Below are positions 39,406 to 51,984 of a stretch of DNA of 64,000 nucleotides, piece by piece. The first letter of the stretch is position 1. Each line of letters starts with the position of its first letter. The notes beneath the pieces were generated by a model. That model was not told the DNA's origin and did not search any database. It was given only the letters and a program-made list of their open reading frames with translations. This stretch comes from Callorhinchus milii. Its lineage: Eukaryota. The position numbers and the translations under genes are program-made. The stretch is taken from the NCBI RefSeq assembly GCF_018977255.1, contig NW_024704742.1, positions 121,336,001-121,400,000 of the forward strand, in the 5' to 3' direction.

Positions 39406-42400
39406 TTGCTGACTAAAATGAAACTATTCTAGGGGCTCACTCACATAACTGTGCTGTTGAGACACATCTGAACAGGGAAGTGATGATCTAGGGATGACTT
39501 CCTGTTGATAAGGTTCATCTCCTAACTTCAAAGTCCCTACTTCATAATCTTGTACTACACAACACAGGCACTGCATCCATTAAACAGACTGAACTGCTGA
39601 TTTGCCATTTTTCCTTTATTGGCTCCATGATTATGAAGTAAAGGTGATGATTGAGCTGAGCAGCAGTAGAGTTATCCATTACCTACACACCCTTACTTCT
39701 GCCAGAGGTAAGATTGCTGAGGTGAACCTGGGGACATTTTGCATTTATTCTTCATTAACACAAATTCAGGATGCCTATTTTTGTAGAATTAAATACAATG
39801 GAATCTGCTTTAGCCGGAGGCATTGAGGAAGGGGATTTTGTCCAATTAACTGTTCAGGTGTGCCCAACTCCAGCAACACCCTTAAACAACATGTGTGAAA
39901 CAATGCCAGTTATTAACTCTTAATCAAAACAAGGAGAAACAGCAGGTCACATATCATGCACTTAAACATAGTGCCACCATTCCCTGCTTTAAACAGATTG
40001 GGACAAGCCATTAAAAATCACGATCATCTTCCAAGAATATATGAAGAACAGGCCCCAGAACCTCTATTTGGAAGCATTCATGGTGCTTTTGGGTCACTTT
40101 ATCAGAAAAGGTTAATGAAAGCAATAATCAGAAGCCTTTTAACTCATTGATTTGGCCTCATTTCTTTTCAAAAGCCAGCCCTGATCCCTGGAAAAACACC
40201 AAAGGAAAGCTTCATAAATCTCCCTCCCAGCTGTAATTATGTTGTGAACTCATCAGTTCATCAAGTTAAACCGTATGCCACCTGTTGCATTAAAAAATAT
40301 CCAGAAAAAAGGGAATCTTTAGAGAAAAACAAAGACATCCATTATGGTTATTCAGGTTCAATGAATTATTGGTTGAGAAAGCTGTCTGATTTTCAACTCG
40401 CATCAACATCAAGGGTGCTATATAATAAATGCAGGTTGTTATCAATTCTCATCAGGTAATCAAAGCCCCCATTTCTAACTGAAGAGAGGCCTAATGCATT
40501 CAGGTCATCTTTGCCAAACTTCAGCAAATCGCTAAAGAGTTGAAGATTTAATTGGTTTCATATATTTTTCAACTGCAATTTAAAACAAAGAATTCTAATG
40601 TGCCTAATGTCCAAGAAGTTAACTGTATTGAAAATGCTCCTACACAGTTCTAAATTTGCCTCTTCAGAACAGTCTCCAGGCTTACTCCCACCATCACCAC
40701 CTCTGATTTGGTAGCCAAGTTTACATCTATAATTAAAACGTTCACAATGGGTGCACAGGACTATGAGTCGGTTTTCCCAGTGGGAAACCAGAGGTGCAGT
40801 ACACCATTTGAAATCTGATAGTACACACTGTGTTATGAATATACAAAAGGGGAGAAATTTCACCCATTCTTAAGACACATTCTTTTACAGAAAACTGACT
40901 TCAACATTAAGTAATATAAACATGCCAAATTCTGGACACTCTGAAATGCTAAGAAAATAAGAGTAAACTCAAGAATAGAATTTCTCCCAGAATAGGCTAT
41001 GACGTGCAGTTCTGATTTTTTTTGCAGTTCTGATTGACAGCAGATTGAAAGATGTTGGAAAGACAAATGATGGAACATTTTGTTTGACCCAATTTGTTAC
41101 ATTAAAGAAAGCAATAATAATCCTTGTATTTGCATAAGCACATTTTTACATAATCAAGACACCTCAAAATGTTTCATAGTAAAGGGGCAAACAATCATCC
41201 CAAACTGCAAAAGTAACATCTATTGTAGCAATAATTGAGTCTTGTACTTCTCTTTAGCAGCACTAGTGGATGTGTATATGCCAAACCAGATTGAGCGGAT
41301 TACAGTACCAGGTAACATCGGAGCCACCTAACTTAGAGCTGCTTGGGCAGTAACAGAGTTTCTCACTTGTGTCTCCGCTGGAACGCAACATAGCAAGTGA
41401 AGACAAAGTTAAAAACCACAGTAAGATATCAACAATAGACACCAGAATGTCTGCACATCTGACAACCAGCGCCACAGGACGTCCTCCCAACATGAAATGC
41501 ACAATATAAATGTAATTTGTTGTTTGTGTTATAGTTACAGAAATATCACACATTCATCACTTTTTAATACATGTACATATACTGTGTTTATATTATGTAT
41601 AAAATAGGAAAGCTTAAAAAAGGCCCACAACATGTGATGAAGATGGTGATTGATCTTTGCATCACTTCCTGACATTATTCACAGCCAGAGCCAATGCAGG
41701 ACTGGGGTGTACAACAACAAGATTAAATTTGTATCGCACCTTTCACATCGGGAAGACAGAGTACAGAGAATAACACTTGTCCTATTCACATACATAAATC
41801 CATCAGCAGACTTTCAATAGTCTAGTCATCATACTACTCTTACCTGCTAAACTATGTCTTGACCGACCAATTTAAAAAAATATGGACACTGTGTGTGAGT
41901 GAGAGAGAGCAAAATTAAAAGAATTGAATGTAGCAAATTCACCTCAAAATACTGAGTTTCAGGCTAAGACCAATTAAAAAATTGCAAAATGAAACACTTG
42001 ATGAAAAAAAATGTTGGAAGCATTCCCTACACAGACACTTATAAAGCAAAAAAAAAAGCCATTTTCTTCATCAACCCTCGGTACAGTACTTTATTGCTCT
42101 CAAGTCATTGAACCTTCAGGCAGAGCTCTCTTGAACTCCTACCCAAGACCTCATCACCTTGTGCTCTCTCCAGTCTTAAAAACACATCTCTGACCATCCT
42201 TCCGGTCAAACATCGTCATACTCCCCCTCCCTTTCCACTGATCCCTATAGCCTTGTAAAGCATTTCAAGATATTCATCCTGAGAGAAAGCCACTATATAA
42301 ATGCATGCTGATGTCGAGAGAAAACTAATCGGAGGGTGGATCGTTCCAGGTTGCTCACACACAATGCCTAGCAACTGGCTGAAGAGTTGCATCAATTTAG

Positions 42401-42423
42401 CATCAGAGAGTAGGTGAACTAGG

Positions 42424-42721
42424 AATAATAATAATAATCCTTGCATTTGATATAGCGCTTTTCACATCTTCTAGACGTCTCAAAGCGCTTCACAGAAGAC
42501 TGTAAAGTGAATTGACTGTATACTTGTGGGCAAAATGGGGCAGCTAATTGCACACAGCAGCGTCCCACAAACAGTCGTGGATTGAAATGACTAATTTATT
42601 ATTGTTTTTTTTGAGGGATTATTACCAGGCGTGTGGAGTAAAGAAACTTACCCAAGGCTTCACTCTGCCGGGAATCGAATCTTGCAAAGCGAGTGCTCTA
42701 ACCAATGAGCTACAGGATTCC
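42424..42721 (-). mobile_element. Near full-length short-form SINE
   Basis: Collinear with the 45166 copy, with a small deletion in the head. Confidence 0.9.
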
Positions 42722-42889
42722 ACGAATAGTGCTTGCGACAGATTAAATAAAATTTAAAGAATGGGACAAATACAATTCAAAACAAATATTTCCACTCTTC
42801 CGATGCTTTCCTCCCAGAGTTCATAAAAATTAGCAATTTCATTTGCCACGACTAAAATATACTTATTTTTGGTCAGCCAAGATGTCTGA

Positions 42890-43150
42890 AACATGCGGAA
42901 ACCCATTGCCACGCTTAAGAGTATCCAAACCAAGCTGAGATTTCCATGCATCCCACCTACACGTGGAAATTCTAGAGATAGATTATTGGAATGGAATCTG
43001 CACTCTCTCCCTGGAGGGACGCATCTTGCTTATCTAATTCCGGAAAGTATTAGGCGCAGGTTGGCAAGAGCCAAGGCTTGGGGACCCCAGAGTGTGAACT
43101 GGGGGTACTGCTGGAGTCTAACCAGCTAAAACCGCATAGCTTGCCATTGA
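42890..43150 (+). repeat. Unclassified dispersed repeat, copy B
   Basis: tggaatggaat.tgca.tctctccc.ggaggga.gca...attaggcgcaggttgg..agagccaaggc...aaccagctaaaac.gca.agcttgc.attga is shared with copies A and C. Confidence 0.85.
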
Positions 43151-43996
43151 TGTACAAAATGAGTACAATCTTAGTGTCCTAACACAGATCACTATACAAA
43201 AACCATCAACTTGAATTTTTGTAGCACCCTTCACGTGGGTTACAGTCTCGAAGCACTTTGATTGTACATACAGAGAAGCAGTATTCTCTGTATTGTTCAT
43301 GCAAACCAATTTTTAACAGTCCAGTTTCCTTAAAGCTGATATTGCACAACACTTACGAGAAATACAGTTCAAGTCATTTCTATTATGACTAGCATTTGCC
43401 AAGATTTTAGCTTTTTTTTAAAAAACAAGAATATCATTGCAGTATTTACTAGGTCACAGTGAACTGTTCAAAAAGGTAATTTATTAAGAAACCACTGGTA
43501 TGTAGAAACCATGGGCAGTTTGACACTGCCAGAGGACACAAGTACTGAGTGCTAGAATTACTGCAACTGTTCAGTAATCTATGACTTTCATTTGCAAAAC
43601 GAATGCAAAGGCAAAAAGAATCTGCATTCATAAGAGAGATCAAATGCTCATTTTTTTTAAAGTTTCAAAAAACACATGGTTCATCAAAATTACATTACTA
43701 GCACTATGTCAACACGACGGCCCACAGAATGAAACTGAGAGCAAATCATTTAATAAGGAAGGATAGCCATTTTAAAAACAATTTACTCACTTGCCCACAG
43801 ATGGCTACAACAAATCCTCTTACACACTGGACCAGAATAGGGCGCCTGACCAAGTCAATACTCAGATTAGTTCTCAAGCTTGTTGGACCATTGAAGAACC
43901 ATATTGGGAAAAATTATGTTTGTAGACCTGGTTCTGACCTTGATAGAATTTGCTAGAATTCCGCTTGTCCTAGCGTAATACATGGTGCAAATTGCT

Positions 43997-44400
43997 TCAG
44001 CTTGGTTCAGTTGGTAACACTCTCGCCTCTGGGTCAAACATTTGTGGATTCAAGCCCCACACCAGGATTTCAGCTCTTTGTCTAGGCGGAAACTTCAAAA
44101 CAGTGCTGGAGGAACGCTTCGGGATGAGACGCTGACTGCGGACCTGTCTCCTAGTTCAGGGGGAAATTAAACCCTGGGCTTGTATCCAGTTCAGAGGGAT
44201 GTTAAAGATCCCATGACACTATTCAAAAAGAGAAAATAGTTTCTCCTAGTACCCAGCCAACAACCCTCCAGATAAATTGACCATTCACTTCAAGTTTTTG
44301 TGAAAACTTCCAGTGTGCAAATCGGCTGCCGTATTTACCTACAAACTACCAAGTCACTTCACTGGACAGTTATTAAGCATGAAGTGTATTGAGACATATT
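43997..44400 (+). mobile_element. SacSINE1-like Deu SINE
   Basis: tggttcagttggtaacactctcgcctctg...gatgttaaagatcccatgacactatt...gtgtgcaaatcggctgccg. Confidence 0.8.
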
Positions 44401-45165
44401 GACTTTGGTATCATATTAAATTTGGACTATAGTATAAAATCCATTGCTGCGCCATTTTAAAAATTATTTCCTTCAATTGCCGGTCTTAAATGGAAGTCTT
44501 AAATGCTACAATTATCAACTTAAATCTTCTTACATTACAAATAGTGAACAACTACTGTGCTGTCTGCAGTTCCTGTAGTTTTCATTCTTAGAGGAATTAA
44601 ACTTGTGGAATTCACAAGCTTTTAGCCAATGTACGTTAATTAGTTAATTATTAATTAGTGTCTACACTTGTGTTTGCAGTTATCCCGAGGCTTTCCCCTA
44701 TGTGTGTGCATACTTATTTAAAGAGAGGCACTTCTGCTGAATTACATTTCCCACTAAGTGTGTTTCCATCACAGTAGTTTGGGGATTCCTTTCTCAAATC
44801 AATATAGATGCCTCCCCCTTCCCTCCCCCCAAAAGCAGAACAGTGAGCTCTCCTATTCAGATTCACTTGCTTTGATTTGTTATTAAACATTAGCAGTTCT
44901 TGCTAAACATGTTGTAAGACAATGAGAGAAGAGGGCCTTCATGAAGGTGGAAGCCTAGTAAATTCAAAGAAAGTGGGAGATTGCCTTAAAAGAAGACTAT
45001 TACTATGATTATAAAAACTGGCATTAAGAAAAGCAAAATTGCATGGTAAAAGTTGATCCCCAAATACAATTGTGTACAAAGTCATGTGAATTAAGAACAC
45101 AGCTTTACCACCAATGTAGTTAAAGCAGCAGACTTCACAAAATATCTAAAAATATATAAATATCT

Positions 45166-45490
45166 GGAGTCCTGTAGCTCAGTGGTTAGACCACTCGCCT
45201 TGCAAGCGAGACACCTGGGTTCAATTCCAGGCAGGGCGAAACCTTGGGCAAGTTTCCTTACTCCACACACCTAATAATAATCCCTCCAAAACCAAAAACA
45301 ATAATAAATTGGTCATTTTCAATCCACGACTGTTTGTGGGACACTGCTGTGCGCAATTGGCTGCCGCGTTTCGCCCACAAATGTACAGTCAATTCACTTT
45401 ACAGCATATTCTGTGAAGCGCTTTGAGACGTCGAGAAGCCGTGAAAAGCGCTATATCAAATGCAAGGATTATTATTATTATTATTATTAT
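45166..45490 (+). mobile_element. Young full-length tRNA(Ala,TGC)-like SINE, short form, with Deu-like core and L2-like tail
   Basis: Cloverleaf-like head with A box tagctcagtgg and B box ggttcaattcc; CpGs retained; (tta)n tail. Confidence 0.93.
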
Positions 45491-46324
45491 AAAGGTCAGG
45501 AATTTGACCATCCACTGGCTTTGACAAGAGTGCCACTTGGGAAACTGGGCACTCTACAAGTTTGAGTTCAGTGCATTAAACCGTGACAGATTATGAGATG
45601 CTGCAAGAGAAGATACACTGATCAGCAATTTTACCAAAGCAAGTAAAAGGAGCTAGAATAGAATGAAATTGCCTTCTGCAGCACAGGTATGAAAAGAAAG
45701 CTATTAAAGGGCTCCTGGGAAGGTTCTACACCATTTAGTTTTAGTCCAAGGTAATCCAAGGCTTGCATGAAATTTAAAGTTTGCTTTTTTAGGCCCCCAA
45801 ATGCATTGTTTTGAGCCATCGAGGGATCGGAAAGATCAGTCTATCTCGGCAGCTCACTGCTGCTTTCTTCAATTGTTCAGTCAAATACCAAAAATAATAA
45901 TTCAAACGCAGTTAAACCACTGCACAGTACTATATTCATGGGAGACAAAAAAAAATCCAGGACCAAAGCTGGCAACTCCAAATTCATTGGAAATTTGAAG
46001 GCAGACACAGCTGTCACACTGTGAAAGACAACATATGCAGCTTTGCTGGTTCACCTGTGCTGACCAACAGTTGTACAAATACAGAAGTTACAACATTGAT
46101 GATCAAGTTGGCAATCTTTCAAAAGCTCCGGTGGTTGGAACTGCTGGAAAAAGCAGTTGGCAAAAGGATTATTAAAAAGAATTGCTAGGAGATAATTATA
46201 TTTTTCAAGGGTCTGGAAACCGATGAGTGAATAATTTTAGTATTTGTCTGGAATACACCAAAGCTTCTCCAGATTTTTCACAATGGACCATATCTCGAAA
46301 CACAAGTCCAGCTCCTCCTATTGC

Positions 46325-46755
46325 CTACGTGGAAATACATCACCATGCTCCAGATCAGTGGTATCTAACCCATGGCCTGCAAGCCGAAAGTGGCCCACCA
46401 AACATTCACATGAGTCCAGGCAAGTCCGTTGCAAATCAATGCCTTGATTCCAGTAGCTACCGAGTGACAATGCTCATGGCATGGCCATAAAGCAAGAAAT
46501 ATTTAATCAATAACATTTATTTGGTTGGCCAACCAAAAAGGCAAGCCACTACTGCTCTAGAGTATTCAAACCAGGCTTTGTATGCCACCCACACATGTAA
46601 TTTCCCCTACATCTGGAATGGAATGTGCATTCTCTCCCAGGAGGGATGCACTTTGCTTACCTAATTTCGAAGATTAGGCGCAGGTTGGAGAGAGCCAAGG
46701 CATGCAGACCCAAGGCAGGAGTTCAACCAGCTAAAACTGCACAGCTTGCTATTGA
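46325..46755 (+). repeat. Unclassified dispersed repeat, copy C (interrupted by a MITE)
   Basis: 46325-46355 and 46555-46755 rejoin to match copy B. Confidence 0.8.
46356..46554. mobile_element. hAT-Charlie (MER58-like) MITE
   Basis: Starts cagtggtatctaacccatggcctgcaagccgaaagtggccc, ends aaaaaggcaagccactactg; TSD ctccagat/ctctagag; empty site seen in copy B (gcttaagagtatcc). Confidence 0.7.
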
Positions 46756-47074
46756 GCTCTGTCTGGCAAGCTTTCTACTGTTTATCCAGCTAGTTTGTCT
46801 CAGACACCAAATAATAGACATCAGGTGGGGATGTGATCAAACTCGGGTTAAGTGCACCACGTGGTGGAATAGTATCACACGTGAACAATAGCCATTTGCA
46901 CAAGATACCATAGAAAAACAGCTAAACTTCATATAATAGATACCTGGGAGGCCACTGAAGCTTTTTTGGGGGGAGGGTGGAGGGCTGGTCTGCTGGGTGT
47001 CTGATAAATGCAGAAACCCATCACCATGCTTAAACCAAGGTTCCATGTCACTTTGGAGGCAGTTCAGCTCCAAG

Positions 47075-47260
47075 CAGCCGCGCATACGCACACACCTCCA
47101 CCCCCCACAGCTAGCAATGGAATGAGGAACAAGAACCCTTCTTGCTTTCCTTCCTGGAAAGGGAGGGGCCAATTTAGCCCTGGCTGAGACCAGCAAATGT
47201 AGCACAGACCAGGATTTGAACCAGTGCGTTCCCAATCAGTAAGCTGTGTCTCTATCCACT
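47075..47260 (-). mobile_element. Ancient SINE relic, AmnSINE2-like
   Basis: Reverse complement reads ggttcaaatcctggtctgtgct...gctggtctcagccagggc.aaattggcc...agggttcttgttcct. Confidence 0.5.
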
Positions 47261-47321
47261 ACATACAAAAAATTAAAATCACAATACTGCTGGAAGTGAG
47301 GTGGCTTTGCTCCCACCAATA

Positions 47322-47705
47322 GTGTCAGCTTGGCTCAGTTGAAAGCATTCTCACCTCAAAGTCAGAAGGTTGCAATTTCAAACCCCACATTGTGAATTGA
47401 ACCCATATGCTAAGATGACACTACTGTGCAGTACTGAGGAACACTGCATTGTCTTTTGATGAGTTATTAAACCAAGATCATGTCAGCCAACGTAGGGGGA
47501 TATTAAAGATCTCAGACCACAATTTGAAAAACGAAAAGGGAGAATTTCTCCTGATACGCTGTACCAATTGCAAGGCTAACTATGGCACCTTGCTGGCACA
47601 GATTGGCTGCTGCATTTGCCTATAGAAAAATACAGTCGCCACATTTCACTATGATTACCTGTGAAATACTTTCCGAGAGGTTTCAGCACAATAAGACTCT
47701 TTAAA
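47322..47705 (+). mobile_element. SacSINE1-like Deu SINE
   Basis: gtgtcagcttggctcagttg...gtcagaaggttg...ttaaagatc...attggctgctgcatttgcc. Confidence 0.75.
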
Positions 47706-49756
47706 AAGTCCCTTTTCTGTCTTTAAACACAACAGTATTATGCCATAATCCCACGCTACAGCTGCTTAACCACTTAAAGAGCAACTCTCCAGATCAAGTG
47801 CTTTATATATCCCTGGAGCGCAGGAGCTTATACTGAAGGATACTTGAGCAGCGGTAGTGGTAAAGGATTCAGGCACCAAAAGACCAGTGCAGTCTGGTCA
47901 GAATGAACTTAGGAGTACAATAGCCTGGAGTAACATGTACACACGCAGCTTTCCTTAACAGGTTTAGCAAATTGATGAATCCTTTTGCAAATGTGTAGTG
48001 GTAGAGGAATTTGCAAGAGAAAACATTTAGTCACCAAGACTGACCGGTATTCACTTTGAAAATTGTACCAAGGCACCAACTTCTTCTGAAGATAGGTTCT
48101 GATGTGAAAAATCAGCATTATTATACTTGCATTTGGTATAGTGCTTTCACCCATCAGAAGGGTGTCTCAAAGAACTTCACAGGAATTACTGTGAAATGGA
48201 GTAACTATGTACTTGTAGGCAAACGCGGTAGCACAATTGTTTACTTTTGGTATAGCACCTTTTACATTGGAAAGATATCCCAAAGCACTTGCCAGGATAT
48301 ATTGTAAAGAGCAGTGACTGTATTTTGTGGGTGAATGCGGCAGTTAATTTACACACAGCAATGTCCATGAAGCGAAGGACAGCACCTCTTAAAATACAGC
48401 ACAACCCCAGCACCGCAATAGTGTCAGCTTATATCATGAGTTCCTTAGGCCTGTCCATGAAATAGATGAATTCAGACCACCATTATATTATTATTGTATA
48501 ATCAAGTGAAGCCACACAGCATTTAGAACTTCATAGGTATCGTCCCAGCTCAAACTGAATGAGGTTGAAGGAAGCTGGTTCTTCTCGTGGACGAGACTGC
48601 TGTGTTCCCAGCTGCTTTCGCATTAATGTGTCCCATGAAGCACAGAATAATTTTTGCACCAAGGCTTTTGTGCCTCCCAACTGACCAACACAGGCTGTTC
48701 TCTGAAAGCCTCAAGCAAGGGGTTTTATCAGCTGTTCTTAAAGAAGGCAGCTGAAAGCTGGGGAGCCCTGCGACTGACTGAAACCGAAAACGGACTAGGA
48801 TTGTGGAGCTATTCTAGAGAGCCATTCCAGTAGATTTTGTACTCATAATTGACAGGAATGGTAAAAAAAAGCCCAAAGATCCTGCTTGAATCTTTACTGA
48901 AACAATATGGGAGATGACCCAGAGAAAAGTAGCATTGAAAGGAAGCACCAACTTAAAACTAACAATACACGGGTTGGTCATTGATCCTGCTCTTGAAAAC
49001 TAGAGAAATAAAAAAACTTCAGATTTTGACACAAAACTACTCAGTGTCCCATTTATAAATTTGTCCCAGGTCAAGAGGGCTTGAACTGAATGAAATGCCC
49101 CCTAGGTTTATAGGAAGAACCATGTTCGCAGTTAGTACGGCAGAAGGGATTGCTTGTTGAATGAATGCATGTAGTTTGGATTTTAAATTAAAATGATCAA
49201 GATTTCTCTCAAGTATATGTGTTGACTTATTTTTGTCAACTAGTCTTAATATGCAGGAATATGCTTGTCCAACTGTGACAACTCTAGGGTATTAGCAGAG
49301 TGAAGGAAATCAGAACTACTTTCCACCACTCCCATCAAATTGATTATTCCATTTTTCTGTAGTTTTAGGTTTACATAACAATGCAGAAAACACGCATCTC
49401 CTTTGTTTTCAAAACAGAAACCACCACATGGGTTATCTTCATTGTAACCTTTGACAATCACATTCTTTACAAATTAAGAGATGTGCATTCGTAAGGACTT
49501 ACGAATAAATTCTTACACTTGATAGTGTTTTCATGTTAGGAGGACATCTCAAAGAGCTTCACATGATATACTGTAAAATGCATCCCCCAAATAAAATTGG
49601 TTATTCATTTCATACCCATTTGTGGGACATTGCTGTGCAGAAATTGGCTTCCGCATTTGCACACAAATACAATCAATACACTTTACAGGATATCCTGTGA
49701 ATCGTTTTGAGACGCCTCAACAACATGCTGTATCAAACTTAAGGATTATCATTATT

Positions 49757-50097
49757 AATAAGTGGAGTGACTGAATTTTGTGGGTGAACGCGTCAGCCAA
49801 TTTGTCCCACAAACAGCTATGAAATGAATGAACAATTTTATTTGTGGGATTATTGCCTTGGAAACCAGAAGAAACTCCTTTTATTTTTTTTAAAAAAGCT
49901 GTGGGATCCTTAACATCCACTTGGATAGGTAGACAGCACCTCGTTTTAATGTCTCATTTGAACGGCAGCATCTCCAACAATGAAGCACACCCCCAGCCCT
50001 GCACTGTCAGCATAGACAACATGAATTCCAAGATCTGACATGGAGCTTGAACCTTCTGGCTCAGAGGCTGGAGTGCTACCAACCGAGACAGGCTGAC
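49757..50097 (-). mobile_element. SacSINE1-like Deu SINE, back-to-back with a plus-strand fragment at about 49590-49756
   Basis: Plus strand reads tgggatccttaacatccac...aaccttctggctcagagg.tggagtgctaccaaccgag. Confidence 0.75.
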
Positions 50098-50314
50098 CCT
50101 GTAAAATACTCAAAAATACGAGAAAATAATTTGCATAACTTTTATTGCTAAACATTTATAAGCAGAATTTTTTGCACACTACATTCGAGTCAAAGGGACA
50201 TATGTGGATTGCTCAATCTAGTTTTAAAGCTCTTAAGAATTGCGATGGGTTTCTGCATGTGTCACAAACAAATTGCTTTTCAATGAGCAATTCCATAGCT
50301 CAACAGAACAATGT

Positions 50315-50924
50315 GGAGTCTTGTAGCTTCGTGGTTAGCAAGTGAGAGGACCTTGGTTTGATTCCCGAACAGGCTGAAACGTTGGGCAAATTTCCTTGTT
50401 CCACACGGCAGTTTAACTAGCAGAAAGTAGGAACTCAATTGTTCGTCGAATGGCAGATTGCTTTTCCGGGGGTAATAATTCCTTGAACAAAATAATTGGT
50501 CACTCAATCCATGCCTAGGACACTGCTGTGCACAATTGGCTGCCGTGTTTCACCCACAAAAATACCACATTTGTATTTCTTCACTGCGTGGAGGAGAAGT
50601 TGAGACCTTTTTCTGGATCTTAATTTTGACCTTTTTGATGCAAGTTCATGGTTTGGAGTCAGCAACAAAAAAAAGGTTACATCATCATTGGCTCAATAAC
50701 TCTGTCAGCCATGGACGTGCTTCCAAGCCCCAAGGATTTCCTTTAGCTTCTAAAGCTATAATTTAATATAGATTTATGGGACACTGCTGTGCGCATTTGG
50801 CTGCTGGGTTTCGCCCACAAAAATATACATTCAATTCACTTTACAGTATATTCCGTGAAACGCTTTGACACGTCCGAAAATGCAATAAGACACTATATGA
50901 AATGCAAGGATTAATATTATTATT
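50315..50924 (+). mobile_element. Long-form SINE 5' part (50315-50563) and a second SINE 3' part (50773-50924)
   Basis: ggagtcttgtagc head with the gtttaactagcagaaagtaggaac segment; the ggacactgctgtgc core occurs twice. Confidence 0.8.
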
Positions 50925-51984
50925 AAGCTGCGCTCACAGCTCAGAGTACAATCAAGCCTTTCACACATACTGTAGCAACAGTGCTTATAGGAAGAAGAAG
51001 CTGGAATTGCTTTTCCTCAGGATCGGGAATAGAAACAAGACCTCCAGTTTTATTGATTCATCCCCACATACGTATAAGGTACACAGACAGAAGTGGTGTG
51101 TGGAAAGAGTGCATTTCAAGTAATACAATAAACTTCCAGCTAATGCAACAGCTAAAACATGATACGCTTTGATATCCAAAGGCAAAGCTAAGCTGCATTT
51201 GCAGAAAAGAATGAAGCAATAAACCAAGTGCAAACTTAGGAGGAGGAAAGAGTGTCTAAGAGCACAATTTGTTAGAGAAAAAATCTATGGCCTCTCCTCA
51301 TGTGAAAAGTTTTGCATTTCGATGAGGTGACACGTGGGGGATAAACAACGGGGTGGTTAATAGAGGGGAATGCGAGATGCCACACCACATTCAGTAGGCC
51401 ATGTCTTAACGCACCACAACACTCAGGAACCCAGATCTGCCCAGTCAGAAACACTGCAATTAATAGTCACAAGGGAAACAATGCAGGATTTTAAAAGCCA
51501 CCATCTCAAGTGAACTGAAAGATGGAGGAAATGAGATAATTCAAGAACAAAGCAGAGAAAATAACGGTCCAGGTTACTGTCCATTTAAGAGGTGTGATTG
51601 GCTTGATGAAAAAGGATAAATTACGAATGACAACTTGTTGCAAATGGGCTGCACGCAAGCCTACAAAAACACCATTGTTCACAACATACAATACATGTGC
51701 AACAGAACCATTGTGCTACCATGCTTTTAGGGCTGGCACACTGAAAAATATTTAGCCATCCAGTCAACTATACTTAAGTAAATATCTGATGTGTACATGC
51801 TGACCTTAACTGAACAGAGAGCGAAAATGCCAAACCCTTCATTTCACATACATTGTATTTACCAGAAACTTTATGCCAAGCTATGCTTATATACAGATTT
51901 TTACCATCACCTTATAACGTACCTAGATAATGTATTGTACCAAATTACTAACAGCATAAAACAGCTCATCTTTCAGTTAGTTTT

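Noticed and set aside
45168..45239. tRNA-Ala(TGC)-like cloverleaf
   Set aside because: It is a SINE head, continuous with the Deu core and tail, and has many decayed paralogues in the window.
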